A stretch of 64,000 bases of DNA. It comes from Dehalococcoidia bacterium. Its GTDB lineage: Bacteria; Chloroflexota; Dehalococcoidia; GIF9; AB-539-J10. The translations under genes and the position numbers were made by a program. This document shows positions 50,509 to 58,992 of the stretch, piece after piece. Within the stretch, counting starts at the first letter, position 1, and each line of letters opens with the position of its first letter. Below the pieces are notes generated by a model. The model made no database searches. It saw only the letters and a program-made list of their open reading frames with translations, and was not told where the DNA came from. The stretch lies in contig JAUVZB010000004.1 of assembly GCA_030602785.1 (NCBI GenBank), forward strand, positions 33,344-97,343, read 5' to 3'.

Positions 50509-51576
50509 CTATATGAATCTTATCAGCTCGATGAGGTCAACCTGTTCCAGAGAAGAGACGACCCTGTCTGCGGCTCCCAGGGTCTGCGCAGGGTGGGTGT
50601 TTGTCACAGCAACACACTTCATGCCTGCGCCCTTGGCGGCTGCGACTCCGTGGGCGGAGTCCTCAAACACAACGCACTGCCCTGGTTCTACTCGGAGCTT
50701 CTCGGCTGCCCGGAGGAAGACCTCCGGGTCTGGCTTGCTCTCCTTGACGTCCTCACCGCACACTACGACGTCGAAGTAGTCGGACAGGCCAAGTTGGGCC
50801 GCCACGAACTCAACGTTTTCCGGTGGGGCGGATGTCCCGAGTGCGAGGGGATACTTGCCCCTCTTCATTACCTGAAGCAATTGCGTTACTCCGGGGAAGG
50901 CCTTCGCCTTTCCGCGGATGAGGTCCCGGTAGCGCTGTTCTTTGTCCTCGGAGATTGCCCTGACATCCAACTCCGGCAGGGGGCCGAGTACCTCTCCTAT
51001 GATGTGGTCATTGCGCATTCCGAAGCATGACCTGAACCGCTCTTCAGTGAATGTGACGCCGCGTGCAGCCAGCGCCTCGCGCCATGATTCGTAGTGAGGC
51101 GCGGCTGAGTCAACGATGACCCCGTCCATGTCCCACAGGAAGGCTCGTAGCATCCCTTTCCTCGGAAGGAAGGTGGCCTCGATTTCTGCGATGACGGTGC
51201 CATCTTCCATCTCAAGGCGGCCTTGTGTCTCAACAAGCCGGGACGAGGCTCTGGTCACCCACGCGCTGGCGACGAGCGTCGCATCCGTCGGCGACACGTG
51301 CTTGAAACGAATGGAGCTCTTCGCCGTGACCCCGAAGCTCACCCCGCTGCACAGGACAGCATAGGCCGTTATCTCATCCAGGATGCTGTAGAGAATGCCG
51401 CCGTGAGTGACGTTGTACCATCCCTGGTGTTGCTCACGGGGGGTGAAACGGGCGACGACTTTTTCCCCGTCGTACACTGGCCGGAGCTTCAGACCGATGG
51501 GGTTCTTTTCCCCACAACCGAAGCAGTACTCCAGTGACCGATCTCCGGTCGCCATGGCGATTTGAGGCAACTCCAT
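50509..51576 (-). CDS. fusion protein: PaaI/hot-dog thioesterase domain + HAD-superfamily (beta-phosphoglucomutase-like) hydrolase
   Basis: N-terminal half has the hot-dog thioesterase motif (…[16 protein letters not shown]…); C-terminal half has HAD motifs I-IV ([11 protein letters not shown]…LGTSAPP…K…[16 protein letters not shown]). Confidence 0.7.
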   Translation of the reverse strand: MELPQIAMATGDRSLEYCFGCGEKNPIGLKLRPVYDGEKVVARFTPREQHQGWYNVTHGGILYSILDEITAYAVLCSGVSFGVTAKSSIRFKHVSPTDATLVASAWVTRASSRLVETQGRLEMEDGTVIAEIEATFLPRKGMLRAFLWDMDGVIVDSAAPHYESWREALAARGVTFTEERFRSCFGMRNDHIIGEVLGPLPELDVRAISEDKEQRYRDLIRGKAKAFPGVTQLLQVMKRGKYPLALGTSAPPENVEFVAAQLGLSDYFDVVVCGEDVKESKPDPEVFLRAAEKLRVEPGQCVVFEDSAHGVAAAKGAGMKCVAVTNTHPAQTLGAADRVVSSLEQVDLIELIRFI

Positions 51577-52260
51577 TCAGACCCTCCTGCGTTTCGGGGT
51601 TGTGATGTGCGGTGGGCGAACGTACAGTGGTTGCAGCGTCGCCGGGGAAGAGGTGTCTCCTGCCTGCTTTCGCTGCCATCCCAGTAACGCCAGGGCCGCG
51701 AGGCGTGTTGGGGAATGGTCCTGCAGTAGCGTTGCATGGATGTCGGCCGATTGCCTCAGTCGCGCTACGAGTTCCTCATCGAGTTCTCCGCACAGGACAA
51801 CGTCGTCCGCCGCAAATTGGTGTAGTTCCGACTCATCGACGAAGCGCTCGGCCTCAATCCTGGTCCATTGGGAATCCGTCCAGGTGAAGAGGGCGGTCGC
51901 GAATCCTGCTCGTCCGGCGCGCAGTACCGGCCGCACGGGCGTGGTCGATGTGGGGCATCGATAGGCCTCGGCCTCAAGGGTGTTGACGCCAATGAGTGAG
52001 GCGTCGGTGCCCATGACCAGCCCCTTCGCCACTGCCACTGCGACGCGAAGACCATTGAAGGGCCCTGGTCCGAGCGCAACGATGACCGTTTCCAGGTTGG
52101 ACGACTTTGCCGCATTCTCGGTGAGCCCTTTCAGTATCTCCGGGACGAGCCGCAACGTGTGGTCCTGTGATGTCAGCCACCTGCTCTCCCAGATGAGCTG
52201 GCTGCGAGTGGATAGTCCCAGGGCCGCTGTGGTTGCTGACACGTCGATTATCAGTTGCAT
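51577..52260 (-). CDS. tsaB: tRNA t6A37 threonylcarbamoyladenosine biosynthesis protein TsaB (YeaZ)
   Basis: Inactive Kae1-like ASKHA fold (MQLIIDVSATTAALGL…GPGPFNGLRV); 227 aa; overlaps tsaE. Confidence 0.8.
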   Translation of the reverse strand: MQLIIDVSATTAALGLSTRSQLIWESRWLTSQDHTLRLVPEILKGLTENAAKSSNLETVIVALGPGPFNGLRVAVAVAKGLVMGTDASLIGVNTLEAEAYRCPTSTTPVRPVLRAGRAGFATALFTWTDSQWTRIEAERFVDESELHQFAADDVVLCGELDEELVARLRQSADIHATLLQDHSPTRLAALALLGWQRKQAGDTSSPATLQPLYVRPPHITTPKRRRV

Positions 52261-52745
52261 AGCCGCATCGCCCTGGCAGACATGGAGACCTCCTCCAGCA
52301 GTCTATCGTAGCGCTCGCCCTCCGCCGTAATCTGGATTGTTCTCGCCTGCTCGTCAGACGGGACGTAACGAAGAGCAAGCCTCAGATGTTCGTCGGGAAG
52401 GAGCCCCCGGGCTCGCTCAGCCCACTCAATGGCGCAGACACCGTCGCCATACAGGTAGTCCTCAAGTCCCAGGTCGGCAATCTCCGCCAGTTGGTCCAGA
52501 CGGTAGAAATCCATGTGGTAGAGCAGAAGGCGCCCCGGGTATTGCCGCACCAGCACGAAGGAGGGGCTGAACGGGCGAACGGACACGCCGAGACCGGCGG
52601 CGATGCCCCGGACAAGGCAGGTCTTGCCTGTGCCAAGAGCCCCGGACAAGAGGAACAAGTCTCCTGCCTGGGAGAGTGCTCCCAGTCTGTGGCCCAACGC
52701 CACTGTCTGCTCTTCGCGATGAGTCTGCAGGGTCAGTGTTGTCAT
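52251..52745 (-). CDS. tsaE: tRNA t6A37 biosynthesis ATPase TsaE (YjeE)
   Basis: P-loop LSGALGTGKT in a 164-aa protein; tsaE-tsaB order. Confidence 0.8.
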   Translation of the reverse strand: MTTLTLQTHREEQTVALGHRLGALSQAGDLFLLSGALGTGKTCLVRGIAAGLGVSVRPFSPSFVLVRQYPGRLLLYHMDFYRLDQLAEIADLGLEDYLYGDGVCAIEWAERARGLLPDEHLRLALRYVPSDEQARTIQITAEGERYDRLLEEVSMSARAMRLCN

Positions 52746-53746
52746 TTGCCGAAATGATTCCAGCCGGTTTGTGCCTGCGTGATGCGCTGCCCATCCGGCG
52801 CAATCACGGCGACTTCCGGCTCCGCGGAAAGCTCGCCAATCTCGCCGACAACGGTCACCGGACAGTCAATCCGTGCCGCGATGTGCTCGAGTGTTGGGGG
52901 GGCGCATGTGAACAGCAATTCGTAGTCCTCTCCGCCGTACAGGGCCAGGTCCAGCGAATCCGGCGTGACCAGCTGGCACGCCGGACAGACGGGGATTTGT
53001 GAGGCGTACACCCTGGCGGTGACTTTGCTTCGTTCGCAGATGTGGCCAAGGTCTGCAACAAGGCCGTCGCTGATGTCGATCGCACAGTGTACGCCCTCTT
53101 CTACAAGCACCTGTGCCTCTACGAGCCTCGGGCATGGCCGCAGGAGCGCTTGCATCAGTACTGCGGGAACTCCGCTGTCAGCTGTCCGGCGACTCTTCAG
53201 CGCGGCGACGGCAGTGGCCGCTGCTCCAAGGGCGCCGGTCACGGCGATGAGTTGGCCGGGCAGTGCTGAGGAGCGCCTCAGGAGCTTGCCGGATGGTGCT
53301 TCGCCTGTGACGAACACGGACACGCTCACGACTGGCGATGCCGCCATATTGCCACCGACGATTGCTGTGCTGTGCTGAGAGGCAAGGCTGGTCATGCCTC
53401 TGTAGAAATCGAGCACCGATTCCGCGTCGACGTCACCCGGGCAGGCCAGCGAGACCAGGGCGTAGAGCGGTTGGCCGCCCATTGCCGCGATGTCGCTCAG
53501 GTTCACGGCAAGGGACTTGTGGCCCAGGTCTTTCCACGTTGACGATTCGAATGTGAAGTGGATGTTCTCCACCATGGAATCCGTGGTGGCGAGCTGGATG
53601 AATGGCCGTCCGTCCCATGCCGCGGCGTCGTCGCCTATCCCGATGACAAGCCGCTTGAGCGCATCCGGGCTGGACTGATGGGTGGGGAGTGTTACTTCCC
53701 TGATGAGCTTGATGAGGCCGAACTCTCCAAGGGCCGATAGCTTCAT
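52742..53746 (-). CDS. thiL: thiamine-monophosphate kinase
   Basis: AIR-synthase-related fold (GIGDDAA…D.MVENIHF…); 334 aa. Confidence 0.8.
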   Translation of the reverse strand: MKLSALGEFGLIKLIREVTLPTHQSSPDALKRLVIGIGDDAAAWDGRPFIQLATTDSMVENIHFTFESSTWKDLGHKSLAVNLSDIAAMGGQPLYALVSLACPGDVDAESVLDFYRGMTSLASQHSTAIVGGNMAASPVVSVSVFVTGEAPSGKLLRRSSALPGQLIAVTGALGAAATAVAALKSRRTADSGVPAVLMQALLRPCPRLVEAQVLVEEGVHCAIDISDGLVADLGHICERSKVTARVYASQIPVCPACQLVTPDSLDLALYGGEDYELLFTCAPPTLEHIAARIDCPVTVVGEIGELSAEPEVAVIAPDGQRITQAQTGWNHFGK

Positions 53747-53816
53747 CGTCGCGATTATAGCATCGTGTCGTGGTCACTCACAGGAAATGAGGAGAAGAGT
53801 GGTACAGTGGCAGGTA

Positions 53817-54554
53817 ATGAGTCGTTGCCTCGTCACCGCGGATCTGCACTCCAATGCGCGTGCTTTCGAGGCGGTGCTGGCTGACGCCGCCCGCGGGAAA
53901 GGATTCGATGAACTATGGGTCCTCGGAGACATCGTCGGTTATGGCCCGCATCCCGAGGAGTGTATCCGCCTTGTCCGGGATTATCCGCATGCGTGTGTTG
54001 GGGGCAACCACGACCTGGGTGTTCTGGGGCGGATAGACCTGGAGAGATTCAACTCCGATGCTGCGCTTGCCTGCCTGTGGACCAGGGGGCGGCTGTCTAC
54101 AGAGGCGGAGGCGTTCCTGGGGGCACTGACCCTCAGATTGGAACGGGCGCCATTCCTGCTGGTTCATGGTTCACCTCGTGACCCCGTCTGGGAGTATGTG
54201 CTCTCTGAGCGGGTCGCGCGGGATATGCCTCCCTACTGCGAGGCCGATCATTGTCTTGTGGGGCACACTCACCGCGCGGCCGTCTACAGGATGGGTGGTT
54301 GTCCGAGGGGAAGTATGGGGGCTGTCTTGAATGGGACAGTCCTCGAATTCGGCGCAGAGCACCTCATCATCAACCCCGGAGCTGTCGGTCAGCCGCGGGA
54401 CGGTGATCCGCGTGCCGCCTATGCCATCCTTGATAGAGAGGAGGGGACAATCGTGTTTCACAGGGTGGCGTATGACGTGGAGGGCACCGCGGAGGCGATG
54501 CTGCGAGGCGGTCTTCCCGAGTGCCTGGCCACGCGCTTACACCTTGGCCTCTGA
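53817..54554 (+). CDS. calcineurin-like metallophosphoesterase (YfcE/MJ0936-type)
   Basis: ADLHSN, GDIVGYGP, GNHD, GHTH motifs; upstream in-frame ATG at 53787 also possible; the extended ORF 53682- overlaps the thiL start and is rejected. Confidence 0.7.
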   Translation: MSRCLVTADLHSNARAFEAVLADAARGKGFDELWVLGDIVGYGPHPEECIRLVRDYPHACVGGNHDLGVLGRIDLERFNSDAALACLWTRGRLSTEAEAFLGALTLRLERAPFLLVHGSPRDPVWEYVLSERVARDMPPYCEADHCLVGHTHRAAVYRMGGCPRGSMGAVLNGTVLEFGAEHLIINPGAVGQPRDGDPRAAYAILDREEGTIVFHRVAYDVEGTAEAMLRGGLPECLATRLHLGL

Positions 54555-54572
54555 CATGCTATAATCTGCCGC

Positions 54573-54860
54573 ATGTGTGACTATGAACTGGTGGCTATCG
54601 TGAGTCCGGACGCAAGCGATGAGACTGTCGCGGGCAAAATCGATGGTGTCAGCCGGCTCATCACTGAACGTCAAGGCGTTGTGGAAGAATCTCAGCGCTG
54701 GGGCAAGAAGAGACTAGCTTATCCCATCAAGAAGTACATCGAAGGCAACTACGCGCTTCTCCGGTTCAAGCTTGAGCCGGCTGACATCCTGGCGTTGCGC
54801 CAGAGCCTTGAGACTGACCAGGACGTTCTGCGGTACCTGGTTGTCAAGAGGAGCAAGTAG
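54573..54860 (+). CDS. rpsF: 30S ribosomal protein S6
   Basis: 95 aa, YE...VSPD… typical S6 N-terminus; rpsF-ssb-rpsR order. Confidence 0.9.
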   Translation: MCDYELVAIVSPDASDETVAGKIDGVSRLITERQGVVEESQRWGKKRLAYPIKKYIEGNYALLRFKLEPADILALRQSLETDQDVLRYLVVKRSK

Positions 54861-54863
54861 CTA

Positions 54864-55262
54864 GTGGCGACTCTCAACAAGGTCATCCTCATCGGGAATC
54901 TCGGCTCAGACCCCGAGATGAGGTATACGCCCGATGGGAAGTCCGTGACTTCGTTTCGGATGGCCACCAACTACAGGTATACCACTTCCGCCGGCGAGAC
55001 CCGCGAGGAAACCGACTGGTTTCGGGTTACTGTGTGGGGCAAGCAAGCGGAACAGTGCAATCAGTATCTGAGCAAGGGCCAGCAGACATATGTTGAGGGG
55101 CGTCTGCATGCCCGTAACTGGCAGGGACAGGACGGGCAGATGCGCACGAGTCTTGAGGTTACGGCCGGCAGGGTACTGTTCCTGGGCAAGCCGACTGGAA
55201 CTGTAGCCCTTCCCGACGAGGGGGATATCGTCCCTGACGACCTTCCTTTCGAACAGCAGTGA
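54864..55262 (+). CDS. ssb: single-stranded DNA-binding protein
   Basis: OB fold (MATLNKVILIGNLGSDPEMRYTP…WFRVTVWGK) plus C-terminal acidic tail (…DDLPF). Confidence 0.9.
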   Translation: MATLNKVILIGNLGSDPEMRYTPDGKSVTSFRMATNYRYTTSAGETREETDWFRVTVWGKQAEQCNQYLSKGQQTYVEGRLHARNWQGQDGQMRTSLEVTAGRVLFLGKPTGTVALPDEGDIVPDDLPFEQQ

Positions 55263-55273
55263 GGAGTGAGTGA

Positions 55274-55588
55274 ATGGCGAACTACCGATTCTCTCCCAGA
55301 AGGAGATCGAGGTACCACAGCACCAGGCCGCGGGTATGTCCGTTCTGTGCTGACAGAATTGCGATTGACTATAAGGACTCGGGCCTGCTGGCGCGGTTCA
55401 TTCAGGGTGGAGGCAAGATAGGCTCGAAACGCAAGACGCGGGCATGTGCGAAGCACCAGCGAAGGCTCTCCCAGGCCATCAAACGCGCCCGATTCCTGGC
55501 CCTGTTGCCCTATGGGCCAAGCCATATCTGGAAGACGGGATGGACCGCCTCAGGGCCGTCTGGTTCCTCGGGAGCAACACATGCCTAA
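55274..55588 (+). CDS. rpsR: 30S ribosomal protein S18 with an unusual C-terminal extension of about 25-30 aa
   Basis: Core [14 protein letters not shown]…[13 protein letters not shown]; the reading frame runs on to a TAA that overlaps the rpmH start. Confidence 0.8.
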   Translation: MANYRFSPRRRSRYHSTRPRVCPFCADRIAIDYKDSGLLARFIQGGGKIGSKRKTRACAKHQRRLSQAIKRARFLALLPYGPSHIWKTGWTASGPSGSSGATHA

Positions 55589-55718
55589 ACGAACCTATCA
55601 GCCGAAGAAGATTCCTCGACAACGAAAGCTTGGCTTCATGGCGAGGATGTCAACCAGGGGGGGTGTCCGCGTAGTCCGGGCAAGGCGGCAGAAGGGTCGC
55701 TGGAAGCTAACCATCTAG
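55581..55718 (+). CDS. rpmH: 50S ribosomal protein L34
   Basis: [45 protein letters not shown] (45 aa). Confidence 0.9.
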   Translation: MPKRTYQPKKIPRQRKLGFMARMSTRGGVRVVRARRQKGRWKLTI

Positions 55719-55724
55719 CCGTGA

Positions 55725-56108
55725 ATGAGAAAACCGTGGTCTCTGGCCAGGCGAGAGCAATTTTCTCGCGTGTTCCGCCAGGGTAGTGGATATCCTGGGT
55801 CTTTCGTTGTGCTTCGAGTTCTTCGAAATGGCCTCGATACAAGTCGGCTTGGTCTTGTTGTTGGCAAGAAGGTGGGTGGGGCGGTGCAGCGGAACCGTGC
55901 CAAGCGGTTGATTCGTGAGGCAGTGAGAATCCGGGCGCTGGAGGCGGGCTGGGATGTCGTGGTAATCGCCCGACCAGGCATTCAGAGTGCGGAATATCAT
56001 GACGTGGAACGGCAATTGCAGGGGCTCCTGCTCAGGGCGGGCGTTGTCAGAGCAGTTGGCGCTGGCAGCGATTGCCATGATAAGAGCGTACCGGCGAACG
56101 ATTTCTGA
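55725..56108 (+). CDS. rnpA: ribonuclease P protein component
   Basis: RNR-like basic motif (AVQRNRAKRLIREAVR); rpmH-rnpA-yidD-yidC-jag synteny. Confidence 0.85.
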   Translation: MRKPWSLARREQFSRVFRQGSGYPGSFVVLRVLRNGLDTSRLGLVVGKKVGGAVQRNRAKRLIREAVRIRALEAGWDVVVIARPGIQSAEYHDVERQLQGLLLRAGVVRAVGAGSDCHDKSVPANDF

Positions 56109-56265
56109 GGTTACCCCTCACCGGTGTCGCTTCCAGCCTACCTGTTCTGAATACACGATGGAAGCAATTCAACGTTACGGCGTCGGGAAGGGCATCTGGC
56201 TTGGAGTCATGCGGCTCGTGCGCTGCCATCCGTTCTCCAGTGTCGGCTACGACCCTGTACCCTAG
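56077..56265 (+). CDS. yidD: membrane protein insertion efficiency factor YidD
   Basis: …CRFQPTCSEYTMEAIQRYG…RCHPF…GYDPVP; start at the ATG at 56077, or at TTG 56044/56056 inside the rnpA 3' end. Confidence 0.8.
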   Translation: MIRAYRRTISEVTPHRCRFQPTCSEYTMEAIQRYGVGKGIWLGVMRLVRCHPFSSVGYDPVP

Positions 56266-56291
56266 AGTGAGTGCTGCACATAGCAGGTGAT

Positions 56292-57506
56292 ATGAAGGCT
56301 GTTCGGGTTCTGATCTTTCTGGTGTTGGTGTCGGTTGTCGCGACGGCAACCGGCTGCATGGGGAATACCGCGCCGCAGGGTTTCTCGGGCATAGTATCGA
56401 GTGGCGACACGCTGTTCGTCGGTGCTGCCGATGGCAAGGTGTTTGTCATGGATCCGGACGCGCGGGCCGGCGGGTCTGCATTCCCCTCGAAAGGGGAGTG
56501 GGAGTATGCCATCACGACGCCCTCTCGCGGTTTCGGCTGCAGTTCGTCGGAGGTTGCCGCGACTGTGTACGGAGTTCCGGTCGCCGGAACCGGGCAGGTG
56601 TGCGTGGGGACGTATGAGGGCAAGGTGTTGATGCTGGATGAGGCCTCCCGTGAGGCCAATATGGTGTTCCCGCAGGTGAGATCCGGAGAATGGGTCTATC
56701 CTCGTGGCGATGAAAAGCTTGGCCCGATTGTCGGCAGCCCCGCTGTGGCGGCGGACACCGTTTTTGTATCCAGTTCGATCAGTGAGGATCGACGAACCAC
56801 CGGGCGGGTGTATGCGCTGGATCGGCGCTACGGCGATGAGTTGTGGGTGTCGGAACCCCTTGACGGGAAACTGTGGGCAACGCCCAACGTTTCGGACGGT
56901 TCCGTGTATGTCAGCACCTTCGAGGGTCATATCTACTCGCTGTCCGCGACTACCGGGGAGCTGTTGCCGTGGTCATACGAAGCCGAGGTAGGGTTCGTAT
57001 CGTCGCCTCTCGTTGCAGGTGGCATGGTGTACGTCGGTACGTTCGACCGCTTTCTGTATGCCATTCAGCTGGGGGCGCAGGAACCTCGCTGGCAGTTTGA
57101 AGGCGAGAACTGGTTCTGGGGTGCTCCTGTCGTGGTGGGCGATGTCATGTACGCGCCTTGCCTTGACGGCAAGCTGTACGCGCTTGACGCAGCCAGTGGC
57201 AAGCCTGTGTGGGATGAACCATTTGATGCGGGATCTGCAATTGCGGCTTCACCCACTGTCGCGGGTGACAGCCTGGTTGTCGCAACCAAGGCTGGAGATG
57301 TCTACTTCGTCAATAGTGCGACGGGCGATGGTACGCGTGTGCCCAACGCGGCTGATGAGAAAAAGGCTACGTGCGACGCTATGGTCGTGGCCTCGCCGTG
57401 CTATCACCAGGGCATGGTATACGTTCGCGCGCAGAACAATGTGCTCTACTGCATTGACCCGGTCCGCAAGAAGATGGAATTCACATTCTCCCTGAAGATG
57501 GAGTGA
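56292..57506 (+). CDS. PQQ-repeat beta-propeller lipoprotein (BamB-like fold)
   Basis: Signal peptide plus lipobox (VVATATGC); repeated YALD/YAID…G…W motifs of PQQ-like propeller blades; inserted between yidD and yidC. Confidence 0.7.
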   Translation: MKAVRVLIFLVLVSVVATATGCMGNTAPQGFSGIVSSGDTLFVGAADGKVFVMDPDARAGGSAFPSKGEWEYAITTPSRGFGCSSSEVAATVYGVPVAGTGQVCVGTYEGKVLMLDEASREANMVFPQVRSGEWVYPRGDEKLGPIVGSPAVAADTVFVSSSISEDRRTTGRVYALDRRYGDELWVSEPLDGKLWATPNVSDGSVYVSTFEGHIYSLSATTGELLPWSYEAEVGFVSSPLVAGGMVYVGTFDRFLYAIQLGAQEPRWQFEGENWFWGAPVVVGDVMYAPCLDGKLYALDAASGKPVWDEPFDAGSAIAASPTVAGDSLVVATKAGDVYFVNSATGDGTRVPNAADEKKATCDAMVVASPCYHQGMVYVRAQNNVLYCIDPVRKKMEFTFSLKME

Positions 57507-58279
57507 TGCCATTGATGGCTAACCTGTGGAACGAGATTATCCTGCGGCCCATGCTGAATGGGCTTATCGCGCTTTCGGGCATTCTGCCTGAAGAAGTCGA
57601 GTTCGGCCTCGCAATCATCATTTTCACGCTTGTCGTCCGCCTTGCATTGACTCCCGTAACCATCAAGCAGACGAAGTCGACGAAGTCGCTTCAAGAGCTG
57701 CAGCCCAAGATGAAGGAGCTGCAGAAGAAGTATGCCAAGAACAAGGCGAAGCTGCAGCAAGAGACGATGAAGCTCTACAAGGAGGCTGGCGTCAATCCGG
57801 CCGGATGCATGTGGCCGATGCTGATTCAGTTTCCTGTGTGGATTGCCCTGTATCAGTCAATCATGAAGGCGCTTGCCACCACGCCGGAGAACCTTCTCGA
57901 CCTCGCTCAGCATCTGTATTCGTCCGACATGATTGCGCAGGCCATCCCTGTGAACAGTCATTTCCTGTGGCTTGACCTTGGGCAACCTGACAAAACCATG
58001 ATTCTGGCGATTCTTGTCGGCGGCACCATGTGGGTTCAGCAGAAGATGACGACAGCCCCGTCGACGGACTCCAGACAGCAGCAGACCAATCAGATGATGC
58101 TGATGATGATGCCGTTGATGTTTGGCATGTTCACAATCATGTTCCCCAGCGGATTACCTGTGTTCTGGCTGGTATCAAACCTTATCGGCATCGGCACGCA
58201 GTACGTGGTTGGTGGTGGTTGGGGCAACCTGAAACGGAGCAACTCAACCGCCTCTCCTGCTACTGCCAGGGCGAAATAG
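57503..58279 (+). CDS. yidC: membrane protein insertase YidC (short, monoderm-type)
   Basis: 258 aa, 5 TM, conserved TM1 (LAIIIFTLVVRLALTP) and C-terminal charged tail. Confidence 0.85.
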   Translation: MMPLMANLWNEIILRPMLNGLIALSGILPEEVEFGLAIIIFTLVVRLALTPVTIKQTKSTKSLQELQPKMKELQKKYAKNKAKLQQETMKLYKEAGVNPAGCMWPMLIQFPVWIALYQSIMKALATTPENLLDLAQHLYSSDMIAQAIPVNSHFLWLDLGQPDKTMILAILVGGTMWVQQKMTTAPSTDSRQQQTNQMMLMMMPLMFGMFTIMFPSGLPVFWLVSNLIGIGTQYVVGGGWGNLKRSNSTASPATARAK

Positions 58280-58336
58280 GGGCCTTCGATTTCAGAGCGT
58301 TGCCTCTGTGTCTCGTGGGCCAATTGAGGTTCATCG

Positions 58337-58990
58337 ATGAGTGATGGCGAAACAATAGAAGTGACGGGGCGGACAGTTGAAGAAGCCACCCGCAAGGCTG
58401 AAGACGAACTTGGCCTGAGCCGCGAGGAATTCGAGATGGAGATTGTGCAGGAAGGCCGCAGTGGAGTGTTGGGTCTGGGTGCGGAAGAGGCGGTCATCAA
58501 GGCCACTCCCCTGGAGATGGACGATAACATCGGCAACAGGGTCGCGGGTGGAGTCGGAGTGGAGATTCTGTCGAAGCTCCTCGACCTGATGGGGCTGGAT
58601 GGGGATGTTGACTACGAGGACGACGGAACCTCTGCGGTGCTCAACATAGAAGGCGATGACCTCGGTGTTCTCATCGGTCGCCGCGGCACGACCATTTCGT
58701 CGTTGCAGCACATCGTCAGACTGATGATTGCCTCTCGACAGACTGATTGGCCTCTTCTGACCGTCGATGTATGTGGCTACAAGCGGCGTCGGCGTGTCGC
58801 GCTCGAGGACCTTGCGCGGAAGATCGCTGACCAGGCCAGAGCCCGCCGGAGACCCATTGCGCTGGAGCCGATGCCAGCCGACGAGCGTCGCGTGGTGCAC
58901 CTCGCGCTTGTAGACCATCCCGATGTGTATTCCGAAAGCGCCGGAGTGGGAACCGAACGCAAGGTGGTCGTATATCCCAAGAGTCCCTAG
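58337..58990 (+). CDS. khpB: Jag/KhpB RNA-binding protein (Jag-N, KH, R3H)
   Basis: 217 aa; KH GxxG (GRRG) and R3H region; follows yidC. Confidence 0.8.
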   Translation: MSDGETIEVTGRTVEEATRKAEDELGLSREEFEMEIVQEGRSGVLGLGAEEAVIKATPLEMDDNIGNRVAGGVGVEILSKLLDLMGLDGDVDYEDDGTSAVLNIEGDDLGVLIGRRGTTISSLQHIVRLMIASRQTDWPLLTVDVCGYKRRRRVALEDLARKIADQARARRRPIALEPMPADERRVVHLALVDHPDVYSESAGVGTERKVVVYPKSP

Positions 58991-58992
58991 TC

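Noticed and set aside
53682-53816. 5' extension of the metallophosphoesterase ORF overlapping the thiL start
   Set aside because: Homology begins at MSRCLVTADLHSN (53817); the upstream part overlaps the divergent thiL start and has no conservation.
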